From assembly GCA_013265495.1 (NCBI GenBank), contig MU058836.1:868001-932000 (forward strand): 64,000 nt of DNA, read 5' to 3'. Below the pieces are notes generated by a model. That model worked only from the letters and a program-made list of their open reading frames with translations, had not been told where the DNA came from and did not search any database. Both the position numbers and the translations under genes were made by a program. How positions within the stretch are numbered: the stretch's first letter is position 1; every line of letters starts with the position of its first letter. Source of the stretch: Vicugna vicugna. Taxonomy: Eukaryota. Of this stretch, positions 24,801-35,090 are shown one piece after another.

Positions 24801-25399
24801 TGATAAAAATTTAACACACATTTGTTGAATCAAATTGCAAGCATTACAGAAATATGTGAAGTAGAAAGTTAACCCTTGTTCACTGCCCTCTTTGCATATA
24901 TCTAAAACATGTTTCCAAAATCAGTTTAGTGTGAGAATGTCAGATCCAACTATTGGAAGCAGTTGTATATATTTTTCTTTGTCCTGTAGAATTCTTTTGT
25001 TTCTGGGTTTTGTTTTGTTTTTTGAAAATACATGTATCCTAAGACTATTTAATTTCTATGTAATGTAACTTTTGAACAGTCTGCATTGCAAGATCTGGAA
25101 TTTTTCTTTATAAGAAAGGAGGATGAAGTCCATTACCAGGGAAACTTAGCACTGACTATGCACATTATGAGACAGGAATAATTATCAAGTTCTGAATTTC
25201 CCGGATGCCTTGGATGTGGAGTCAGATCAGTTTGTCGATGAGGTCCTTGTTAGTCTAGATAATTTATGTTGACTGGAAATTATTTTTATGAGAAAATTAA
25301 AATAGAAAACCTCTACCTTTCTATATTTTCCAAATTGTCTATCTGACCAAATATTTATTTTGTAATAATTAGAAGAATCTTTAAAACAACAGGCACATA

Positions 25400-25790
25400 A
25401 TGAATTCTTCTGGAAAGAATGAGTTAACTAAATTACAGTATGTACATTCAGTGGAATACTATATAGTTGTTAACAAGAGTTCTATATTTATTGACATTGA
25501 GAACATGTCTGCAACATGTTCATCAAATGATAAAAAGTACTAAAACATGCACACCCCAGGATCTTAGTTTGTAAAAAGCATGTTCCATATCTTTCTCTCT
25601 CTTTCTCTCTCTCTCTCACAAACACACACACACATATAATATTCTAGAAAGGGATTCACCAAATTAATAGTGGTTATCTCTAAGGAGTAGAATGTATGTG
25701 ATTTTAATTTTCTCTTTGTTTGAATTTTCTAAATTTGCTAATTGGACATCTAGTATGTATATAATTTAGAAAATGAATTTTAAAATTCCT
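25400..25790 (+). mobile_element. L1ME 3' fragment with (CT)n(CA)n
   Basis: TAAATTACAGTATGTACATTCAGTGGAATACTAT...CACCAAATTAATAGTGGTTATCTCT. Confidence 0.65.
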
Positions 25791-26419
25791 CCAACTACAA
25801 TAAAGAAAAAAAGAGGGAAGAAGTAAGACTGGCTTTTGCATGGCCAGTGAGGAGCTGTTGTAAGAAATTTAACCCAATGTCTTTCTACTATGTGATTTTC
25901 CACTCAGCCCTCAGGGCTCAGTTATCCGTTCCTATGAAAACCAAGCAACTCACTTTTTCTCCCATCTGCCCCCTTTCTCATCTCATCTGTACTTCTCTGA
26001 ATCTAGGCCTCATTGAAGGTCCTTATGGAGCACTACTTCCTCCAGGAAGACTTCTCAGATTTCCCTACCCCCATGCAAGTAATATCTTCTGTGGAATGTT
26101 GACAGACCTAGACCTGATTCCCTGAGTATCTTACCACTCTGTTTGTTTCATTAGAGTTCTATAAGATACTAAGATATTATCACTTAAGATATGGAGATAT
26201 TATCATTGACACTAGAGAGAGTCCCTTCAGAGCAAGGCTGCATGAATTTTACATTTCTGCTTCTCCCGTATCACACATGGCTTGGTAAGCAGTGTTATAC
26301 AATATAACTTTGCTAATGGACTGAAAGGTTGACACAGGGAGAAAGGGTTGCTGAGTGATGGTATTCACAAATAAAACATGCACTAGCAAAATAAGACATG
26401 GACATCAAAGACCCTCACT

Positions 26420-26605
26420 GAATAATCCAGTATGTGCCAGGGACTGCAGTCAGCACTTAATTTCCCTCAATCCAAGCAATAACCCACAGAAGAGGTGCTA
26501 TTAGCCCCGATTTACAGATGAAGATACTGAGGCTGAAGTCTGCGTAGCCGGTGAGCGGGGCAGACAGGATTTCAACCCATGACTGTCTGACTCCACAACC
26601 CCTGA
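26420..26605 (-). mobile_element. MIR SINE
   Basis: TTTACAGATGAAGATACTGAGGCT...GGATTTCAACCCATGACTGTCTGACTCC. Confidence 0.8.
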
Positions 26606-26925
26606 CCTTTCCACGGGGCAGGAGAGGCGCCAGGTGAGTGACTCAGGAAGTAGGGTCAAAGGTTTCCCTCTTCCAAGTCAAGTGTCCTTTCATGCCAGGT
26701 AGCTAGTAAAAGCTGCCCGTCTCATTTACTATTGTCTGGGTATCTTCTGTACCGGATTCCATGTGCCAATAAACTGGTAAAGACACAGCATTTTTTTTTT
26801 TAATAACAAGACATTTGAAACCTGTCTGTCCAATTAGGGGTTTAATTTCTGTTCTTTAGTCCACATGCCGATGCCTGTACCTGACTAACATAACTCCTCC
26901 TCTGAACAATATGGAGCAAATCAAA

Positions 26926-27241
26926 GTGTACAGCAAAGTGGTTCAGTTATATACACACACACACAAACAAATATAGTTTCAGTTTCTTTTCCATTATGGC
27001 TCATTACAAGCAAATGAATATAGTTCCCTGTGCTCTACAGTAGGTCCTTGTTGTTTAGCTATTTTTATATAATAATGTATCGCAACTTCTTTATCTGTTC
27101 ATCCGTTGGTGGACACTGAGGTCGTTTCTATATCTTGGCTATTGCAAGTCATGCCACGATGAATGTAGGGCTGCAGATATATTTTCAAGACAGTGATTTC
27201 ATTTCCCCTGGATAGATACCCAGAAGTGGAATTGCTGTATC
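26926..27241 (-). mobile_element. L1 3' UTR piece (26926-27080) joined to an L1 ORF2-end piece (27081-27241)
   Basis: GTGTACAGCAAAGTGGTTCAGTTATA...ATAGTTCCCTGTGCTCTACAGTAGGTCC, then TTCATCCGTTGGTGGACACTGAGG...ATACCCAGAAGTGGAATTGCTG. Confidence 0.85.
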
Positions 27242-27724
27242 CAGCCGATTTTCATTATTTGCTATCGGTCTATTAAGTGAACAGGAAAACTGAATTAGTG
27301 AATATTGCACTGTTGCTTCTAGGGGAAATAGGGGGTTAGGTTCCTTTGAGCCTCTGGTCATATTCTCATCAACTGGTCAGCGCACGGCCTTGCTGTACGT
27401 GTGTTTCTGTTTAGAGACGCCTCATTGCATACATAGTGCGGACTCATTAATGTGGAACTCACAGCCAACAGCACCACAACTCACGCCTGGATGAAGCTTA
27501 TCTAACACGTATTTCCTCCATAAGGCACATCATAGCTTCTTGTGCTTCGGAACATCAGACGGCACTTCAGCAGTGCTCTTGGGGCCCATTTAAACAGTGA
27601 AATCATAAGCACAAAATCATAACTAAAAGCACAAAAACGTGAAAACCATGGCGCTGAATGGACCGTGAAAAGGAGAACTGTTTACAGTAAGAGCTGACAC
27701 ACGACCTCAGCTGGGAACGTGTGG

Positions 27725-28092
27725 GTAACAGTTTGCTGGGGCCACTGTCACAACAACGAGTGAAAACTGGGTGGCTCAACAACAGAATTCATTTTCTCAC
27801 AGCTCTGGAGCTGGATGTGTGAGAGGTGGGCGTTGGCAGGTTTGGTTTCTCCCGCACCCCGCCCCTTCTTTTGTGGAAGGTCACCTTCCTGCTCTGTCCT
27901 CACATGATCTTTCCTGTGTGTCCAAAACTCCCTTTCTTGTAAGGCTACCAGTCAAATTGGATTAGGACCCACCCTCACAGCTTCATTTTAACTTAATTAC
28001 CTCCTTAAAGGCCCAGTCTCCAAGAAAAGGTCACATTCTGAGGTTAGGGGTTCAACGTATGAATCTGGGGGGACATATTTCAGCCCTTAGGA
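27725..28092 (-). mobile_element. MaLR MLT1A/B-type solo LTR inserted in MER82
   Basis: AACTGGGTGGCTCAACAACAGAATTCATTTTCTCACAGCTCTGGAG...TTGGATTAGGACCCACCCT...GGTCACATTCTGAGG. Confidence 0.9.
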
Positions 28093-28164
28093 GTATATGT
28101 TAAGGGAACTCACATTTCTTGCTGCTCTGCAGTTATCTGTGAATGAGCTCAAAAGTGCTGTATT

Positions 28165-28240
28165 TTTGGTTTGTTTAAAGATTTAAAAAAATGTTCCCCT
28201 TCCAGTTTAATTGAGATGTAGTTGACATACAGCACTGTAT
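28165..28240 (-). mobile_element. very short L1 3' stub
   Basis: TTCCAGTTTAATTGAGATGTAGTTGACATACAGCACTGT. Confidence 0.6.
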
Positions 28241-28245
28241 GCTAT

Positions 28246-28379
28246 TTGGGGGGGCAGGTGGGGAGGGGAGAGAGAATTTGGTTTTGTTTGTTTGTTTGTT
28301 TTAATGGAGATGCTGGGGATTGAGCCGAGGCCCTTGTGCTTACATGGCATGCCCTCTACCACTGAGCTATACCACCCCC
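28246..28379 (-). mobile_element. camelid tRNA-Ala-derived SINE (Vic-1 type)
   Basis: AATGGAGATGCTGGGGATTGAGCC...CTCTACCACTGAGCTATACC with (TTTG)n tail. Confidence 0.9.
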
Positions 28380-29272
28380 TCAGTGCTGTGAGTATTGATT
28401 TGGGGGGTTACAAAAAAATCTTAGCAAGTAAGCAACTTTGTAGATAAGGAATAATAATTTGAGAACCACAAAGACCAACTGTAAAGACATATGACACAGC
28501 TACTGAATTAGGCATCTGGTGGGCTGTTGAAGTTTTTGACACTCGTAAGGCTGAACTTCTGCCTCCAAGAAGATCACTTTTCCTCCAGTTCCCTAGACAT
28601 GGACCGAGATACACATTCTGGGGAGCTGAAGGGAAGCATGCCTCTTCCTAGTCCTTCTTTCTTGAATTCTCCTCTTTTGAGAGAAATCAGATTTAGTTTT
28701 AAAACAAGAAAAACAATAGTACATGCAAAGCCCCTGGCCTCACACAAAACATCGTAAAACTGAACTATAAATCCTGGGAACACCATGTCTGCACGCTCTG
28801 TGCAGCGTTGGAGAAAATCTAATCCAGGCACCTGGAGGGGATGGGGCCGGGGGGGAGGGGGGAGGAGGGTAATTTCTCACTCTCCTCCAGTGCTAATAGG
28901 CTTTGCAGTAGGCTCCTACTGTTTTTCCCATTCCCCATCAGAGCCCGAGCAAGGCAGCAGTGACTGCACTGAGAGGAGACTGAGTTGCACGAAATCATCT
29001 GGCTGCTTGGGACTTGAAACTTCCCAAACCTGTCCTCTTTCTTTGACTTTGAGTTGGAACAAACTGAGCTGACCCCAGATGTTGATTTTGCTATCAGTGC
29101 GTCGACGTATATGAAGATCAACACTTCTTTCCAGGCCTTGGGGGTATTTGCGAATTCTTTTTCTTTTCTGCACTCATTTCTTGAGTGTCTACTATATGCA
29201 AGAGAGGGGATGGGCGCCGGGATCCAAAGATGAGAGAGCCCTGGCCTTCACCCCAGTGGCTTTCCCATTGTC

Positions 29273-29588
29273 TAGTACTATCCCCTAGAACTGTGACAGT
29301 GAGCCGTGTCGGCAATTTCTACTTGTCTGGTAGCTACAACAGAAGACTGAAATAAACGACATTAAGTTGAGAATATCTTTATTTAACCCAATATATATAA
29401 AAAAGATTATTTCCACATGTAATCAATACGAAAATTGTTCATGAGATATTTTCTATTCTTTTATTCGTCCTACATTTTTTCAAAATCCACTGTGGACTTT
29501 ACACTTACAGTGTATCTCAGTTTGTACTAGCCCTACTGGTAGTGCTCAGTGGCGGCTTGTGGCCACCTCTACCATACTGGGTGACGCC
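29273..29588 (+). mobile_element. MER33 hAT-Charlie MITE
   Basis: TTTATTTAACCCAATATAT...ACATGTAATCAATA...ATGAGATATTTT...TTTACACTTACAG...TACCATACTGG. Confidence 0.85.
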
Positions 29589-29993
29589 TGTCCAGGGGGA
29601 GGTGTTTCTAAACTAATTCACATGCTACCATGGGATGCTGACCATAATGAAACCTATACTCTGTACCCTGGGAACACAGGGAGGGAGGATGTCTGGGAGC
29701 TGTTTCCAAAGGCTTCCCAGAGAAGGGGACTTTTGAGTTGGGACTTGATTGTACCCAGAAGGGAAGGGCATCCTTAGCAAAAGTAGGATCGCCCCTCTGG
29801 GGGCTAGTGGAAGCGGGAGGCCTTATTCCCCCAGCCGGTTTGGTCCTGGCATTCTTCAGGGTGGCTTGAGTTTTGCAGTGAGACTCGAGTTCCAGGAGGG
29901 GCAACCAGACTCCAGACCTGATGGGTCTGCTCAGGGTGGTGCGCTTAGAACTCAGTAAGCCAACCCCTGTTCTCTAGGAGCTCATTTCTAGAC

Positions 29994-30172
29994 CAGTGCT
30001 TCTCAAACTGGAGTGAGCATCAGAGACGCCTAGGGGGTTGGGGAAAACATCTACTCCTTGGCCCTGCCCCAGAGTTTCTGACTTAATAGGCTTGGGGTAG
30101 AGTCTGAAAATATGTGTCTCTAGCAAGTGCCAAGCCACTGCTGCTTGGAGAATCGGTCTTTGAGAGCCATTG
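29994..30172. mobile_element. MER5B-like hAT MITE
   Basis: termini CAGTGCTTCTCAAA and TTTGAGAGCCATTG; flanks TTCTAGAC and GTCTAGCA fit an 8-bp hAT target duplication. Confidence 0.85.
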
Positions 30173-30194
30173 GTCTAGCAGCCGAGGAAAGCCA

Positions 30195-30340
30195 TCAGAC
30201 ATTCATTCAACAAACATTCCCAGTTCAACACTTTGTGGCAGGCACTGCTTCAGCACTGGTGATACAGTAGTGAACAAGACAAGTGGCGTCCCCTTCTTCA
30301 GACAGGGACACAAATAACAGATGGTGGTGACCTCAGGGAT
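30195..30340 (-). mobile_element. L2 3' end
   Basis: ATTCATTCAACAAACATT...AGGCACTG...GATACAGTAGTGAACAAGACA. Confidence 0.75.
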
Positions 30341-31289
30341 GTGGAGTTGACCCGATCATAACCGCCTACCGTTAGCCTTAAAACTCTGATGCTTAGAAAT
30401 ATTACAAGATTGTTTTTACTCCCCAAGAGAAACATCTGTCAGAAGGGATATACCATTTAATGAGCGCCTACTACGTGACATCCTTTGTGCCAAGGACTTT
30501 GCGAATACAATCACATAGTATTCTGGCAGCGGGGGAAGCACCGCTACCTGCTTTATGTAGTGGGAGTAACTGAGTTTCAAAAAGCTGGTGGAATAACCTA
30601 GCCCTATTCCCACGACTAGTTTGTGGTGGAGCTGTGGTTTGACTCATCTGTCTGTTGGTTCATGGTGGTTCCTTTGGTCTGATCATCCTAGCAACACTCT
30701 CCCCCTCCTCCAGTTTTTCTGGTTAACTTCTCTCACTCATCTTTCAGATCCTTGACCAACCACCAGTTTTTCAGAAAAGCCTTTCTTTACCTCCCCAGTG
30801 AGTTTCACTGGTATATTCATTCATGATTTAATTCACAGGGTCTGTCGCCTGGTGATTGCTTAATAAAACTTGTTGATTGCATGATGGAGTTCTGCATTTA
30901 ATGGAATCAGGGAAGGCTTCTTGACCTATCCGGCTGAAAAGAAATCATTCCAGGAAACTGGGGAAAGGAGAGAAGCTGCCTGGTAGTTAAAACTAGAGAC
31001 AGCCTTGAACCTGGAGGGGTGGAGGCCCTTTGAGGGGTGGGGGAACCAGGCATTCTGCACATACTTGAGACTGGAGTAGATGGGGAGGGGAGAGGTCAGA
31101 GAGGTACACATCAATCCATGATAAACAAGTTCACGAAATAGGGAGTCCCTGAATGTTTGGGGGCAGCTGAGCCACATCTAGCTTATTTTCTGTTTTAGAG
31201 GGAAAAACTCAACTCCTCAGGGACCTGTGACGGGTGCTTGGGGTAGGGGGATGGATAGGAGAAATCATAATTCAGATTCAAGCTCCAAA

Positions 31290-31510
31290 ACCATATTATT
31301 AGGATCAACTCCTGGTTCCAGTCCTGTGGGCAAGTCGCTTAACCACTTTGAAGCTCAGTTCCATTCTCTGATAAATAGGCAAAAAAAAAGAGAAAGAAAA
31401 AGAAAAAACCCACTGAATCCATTGTGTCGTTTTGAGGATTGAACGAGATATTACAGCATGAATGGTCTGGGGTGATGTCTGGCACGTGGCGAGCACTAAC
31501 TGTTATTATG
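31290..31510 (+). mobile_element. MIR SINE
   Basis: GGGCAAGTCGCTTAACCACTTTGAAGCTCAGTT...TGAGGATTGAACGAGATA...GTCTGGCACGTGG. Confidence 0.75.
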
Positions 31511-32591
31511 GAGATGGTTTTCCTCATCTTTCCTTTCTCCTTTCTTCTTCTCTTCCTCTTCTCTTCATAGATTGCCCACAAAAAGATTTTTAAGGGCCCC
31601 TGGCTGGAACCCTAAAACTGAACCTTGGCATCTAGGTAGGTGTGATGTCACCAAGGGGCTTCAAGACAGCGCTTGGGGGTGGCAGGGCAAGGCACGAGGC
31701 AAAGCTGGTCACAGCCTGTGGCTTTTGCTTCCATACCTGGGTCCCCGCCGGTGACAAAAGACAGATCCCTCACTTTTTGGTGCTTCAGTTTCAACATCTG
31801 CATCACGGGAACCATAATCCCAGCTGAACCACACCTCTACTGTTATCCCCCAACTGCCCCAAGTTCCTAGTCTCCTCCCAGGAAATAATTTAGCAACTGC
31901 CGAGGCCAGCGAGGGGCTGAGGCCAAATCAGATGAATGCCAGGGAACACACTAATCTGAAGGGAAGTCCCTGCCTGCAGTAAGACCGCATGGTACTCACC
32001 TCCACAAAAAAACAGCAACAAATGATGCTTCAAGAAGGAAAAACAAACTTTCCGAGTTTGCTTGGCTGCAGAGCCTTTTGGGAGACCAAATTACAGAAAA
32101 GCTAAAAATAACCCCTGGGAGGACCAGTGCATCTTTCCCTTAAATGCGCAAAAGTGTTCTCTTTTTTACCTGACTGAGAACAATATAATTCCACCAGCAC
32201 ATTTTGCCTTATGTTTTTGCTTAGGACCCAGACAAGCTCGGGGGAGAAATAGTTCCTGAGATTGTAACGCGTTGCTTAAAGATCAAACCCAGGGGAAGTT
32301 ATTTTTATACCTAGTGGGTTTGGTTTTTTTTTTTCCTTCCTTCTCCTTTCAACTGCCTGGTATTTATCCCCACAATGATGGGGTTTGTCTTGTTAAACAA
32401 AGTATTTTTCCTTTCTTTCCTTGATTATAAAAGAAATACACGTTCACTGTAGAAAATTAGGAACCACACCCACCCCCCAAAAAGAAAGGGACAGCTCTCA
32501 TTCAAAGATAACCATGGTTAATACTGTGATACATTTTTTTTCTGGTCTTTTTATTTTTCCCTGTGATTCTTTTCTTTTCCTTTTTAAAAAT

Positions 32592-32690
32592 TTTCATTTA
32601 TTTATTTTTTAATGGAGGCACTAGGGATTGAACCCAGGAACCTTATGCATGCTAAGCATGCGCTCTACCACTGAGCTACACGCGCCCCCC
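32592..32690 (-). mobile_element. camelid tRNA-Ala-derived SINE (Vic-1 type)
   Basis: AATGGAGGCACTAGGGATTGAACCCAGG...TGCATGCTAAGCATGCGCTCTACCACTGAGCTA. Confidence 0.95.
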
Positions 32691-33100
32691 ATGCTTCTTT
32701 TAAATAGTTAAGCCCATATGGTACATGTAGTCTTCTATCCGCAGTTGTAATGAAATAATTCCAACACGCAGCAGAACGCACTGCAAGCCCCCTTTCCACC
32801 ACCCCTTACCCCAGAGGTAAGTTTGTCATCATTCCCTTTATTTTCTTCATTGTTTCTCACATATTTAGATGTCAATAAACAATACAATGTTAAATTTTGC
32901 ATATTTTCGATTTGTATAAATGCCAATATAGTGTATATGAGAGCTCAGCAAAGCCAAGAAATCTATGGGGACTGGTCACCTGGTGGTAATGGACGGACCA
33001 CCCCAGACTTCGTGTTGATCCTGGTGTGTTATGAGGACAGTAGACGTGTCATCATTTTCTATTAAGTCAAGACACAAAGAAAAGTTAGGAGGCCATTGCT

Positions 33101-33386
33101 TTTATTTTTTTGTTGTTTTTTTCCATTTTTTAAAATTGAAAGTATAGCCAATTTACAATGTTGTGTCAGCTTCTCGTGTACAGCGTAAATAATGTTTCAG
33201 TCACACAGATACATACGTATATTCCTTTTCGTATTCTTTTTCATTATAGGTTACTACGAGATATTGAATTAGCTCCCTGTGCGACACAGGATGGTTACCA
33301 GTGGGATAAGGGGATGACAAAAGATAAATGGAGGGTTCGAGATTTGCAGATACTAACTACTATATATAAAACAGACATACAACAAG
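33101..33386 (-). mobile_element. young L1 3' end with 5' inversion (33101-33289 antisense, 33290-33386 sense)
   Basis: poly(T)-TTGAAAGTATAG...TCCCTGTGCGACACAG, then sense-strand ATGGTTACCAG...CTACTATATATAAAACAGACATACAACAAG. Confidence 0.88.
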
Positions 33387-34147
33387 CTTATTCTGCTTTT
33401 AGTTTGATTCCTCATATGTTGGTGATACTCAGCTGTGATAATGAGTGTATTTCTAGTTCATTCATTTTTTACTGCTGTATAAGTATGAGGGTATCACAGT
33501 TTAAGGATTTACCCATTATCCTGTGTTGCTTCTGGTGTTCAGCTTTTTCAAACAAAGCTTTGATGAACCTCCTCAGGCCTGTCCCCTGGCTCACATGTGT
33601 AAGAGCTCTTAATTGAGGGCTCACATCTATGCTGGGTCATAGGGTATGTGCATTCTCAAACATACTAAAAAATGGCAAATTATTTCCCAAAGTTCTTGCA
33701 CAAATGATTTAAACAGGGTTCCTGTTTTCCTTGTCCTTGGCTATGTCGGGGATATGGTCAGACTTTTTAATGTTTGTCATTCTGGAGGGTGAAAATCATA
33801 TCACACTGTAATCTGAATTTTCTTGAGTTCTAACCAGGCTGATTGCATTAAAATGTTTGCCATTTACGTTTAAGTTCTTTTTTGAAATGTCTGTTAATAT
33901 CTTTTGCTTTTTTTTTTTTTGTAAGAATATACGCTCTAAGAATTATTTTTTGGCCAGCGTTGGAAATATTTTCTCCCAGTTTTTGCTTTTTCACTTTTCT
34001 ATATTGTATTTTGATGAAGAGAAGTTGTTGAACTTCTCATTCTGATAAAGATTAGTACCTTTTGGTGTCTCTAATTTGGTGTCTCCTTCTCTGCCCTGAA
34101 ACCATCCATATACTCTTCTTTTTTTTTCCAGAAATTTTTACAGTTTT

Positions 34148-34273
34148 GGGGGAGGGTATGGCTCAAGTGATAGAGTGCATTCTTAGTATGCATGAGGTTC
34201 TGGGTTCAATCCCCAGCAGCTCTTCTAAGAATAAATAAATAAACAAACCTAATTACCCACCCCCACCAAAAAA
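34148..34273 (+). mobile_element. camelid tRNA-Ala-derived SINE (Vic-1 type)
   Basis: GGGGGAGGGTATGGCTCAAGTGATAGAG...GGGTTCAATCCCCAG...AAACCTAATTACC. Confidence 0.95.
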
Positions 34274-34546
34274 TTTTTTTTTAAAATTCTGCTACTTATT
34301 TTAGTCACTAAAATGCATGAAACTGATTTTTTTGTATGGGTGAAGTAGGGATCAACATTTGTATTGTATTTTCCATTTGCATAACTGCTCCATAACCATT
34401 TATTGAGTAGACCATCTCTATCCGCTGACCTGTCATGAAACTCTTTTCCTATTTTAGGCATCTATAAATGCATGGGTCTGTTTCTGGGCTCAGTTTTCTC
34501 CCAATTAGCATGTATGTGTCTCCACTAGTACCCAATCTTAACTTCA

Positions 34547-34639
34547 TTTTGTGTTGTTTTGTTAATGGAGGTACTGGGGGTTGAACTCAGGAGCTCGTGC
34601 ATGCTAAGCATGCATTCTACCACTGAGCTCTACCCCTCC
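34547..34639 (-). mobile_element. camelid tRNA-Ala-derived SINE (Vic-1 type)
   Basis: AATGGAGGTACTGGGGGTTGAACTCAGG...CTACCACTGAGCT; ATCTTAA duplicated at 34535 and 34640. Confidence 0.95.
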
Positions 34640-34967
34640 ATCTTAATTTTTATAATTTTATAATAAGTTCTGATATTTGGAAGGGCATGTTTTGTTATTT
34701 GTTAGTCTTCAAAATTGTCTGAATTACTGTTGGCCCTTTGCTCTTGGTTATACATTTTAAATGAGATGTTCAAGTTCCCTGGATAATCCTGCCGGTATTT
34801 TGATTTCAATTGTGTTTAACCTACAGATCAGCTTGGGGACAGTGACATCTGCCTACTGAAACTTCCTGTCCATGAACATAATCCCACTCGCTGTTTCCAT
34901 TTAAATGTTTTAAAATGCCAGCTAACAAGTTTCATAGCTTTATTCAAAAAGCTCTTGCACATTTTTG

Positions 34968-35090
34968 GTGGGGGAGGTCATTAGGTTTTATTTATTTATT
35001 TATTTATTTTTGATGAAGGTACTGGGGATTGAACCCAGGACCTCGTCCATGCTAAGCACATGCTTTACCACTGAACTATATCATCCTCCT
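34968..35090 (-). mobile_element. camelid tRNA-Ala-derived SINE (Vic-1 type)
   Basis: GGTACTGGGGATTGAACCCAGGACCTC...; exact TSD CACATTTTTG at 34958-34967 and 35096-35105. Confidence 0.95.

Larger units (their letters stand above)
27242..28470 (+). mobile_element. MER82 (Tigger-type) DNA transposon in three pieces: 27242-27724, about 28095-28161, 28382-28470
   Basis: CTAGGGGAAATAGGGGGTTAGGTTCC...GAACTCACAGCCAACAGCAC...GACCTCAGCTGGGAACGTG, resuming AGTATTGATTTGGGGGGTTACAAA. Confidence 0.85.

Noticed and set aside
25070..25272. Protein-looking peptides (LQDLEFFFIRKEDEVHYQG; NFPDALDVESDQFVDEVLV)
   Set aside because: Two different frames, no good acceptor and no protein I recognise; would need a blastx hit
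33158..33616. 152-aa ORF
   Set aside because: Runs across an inverted L1 junction into old antisense L1; chance frame
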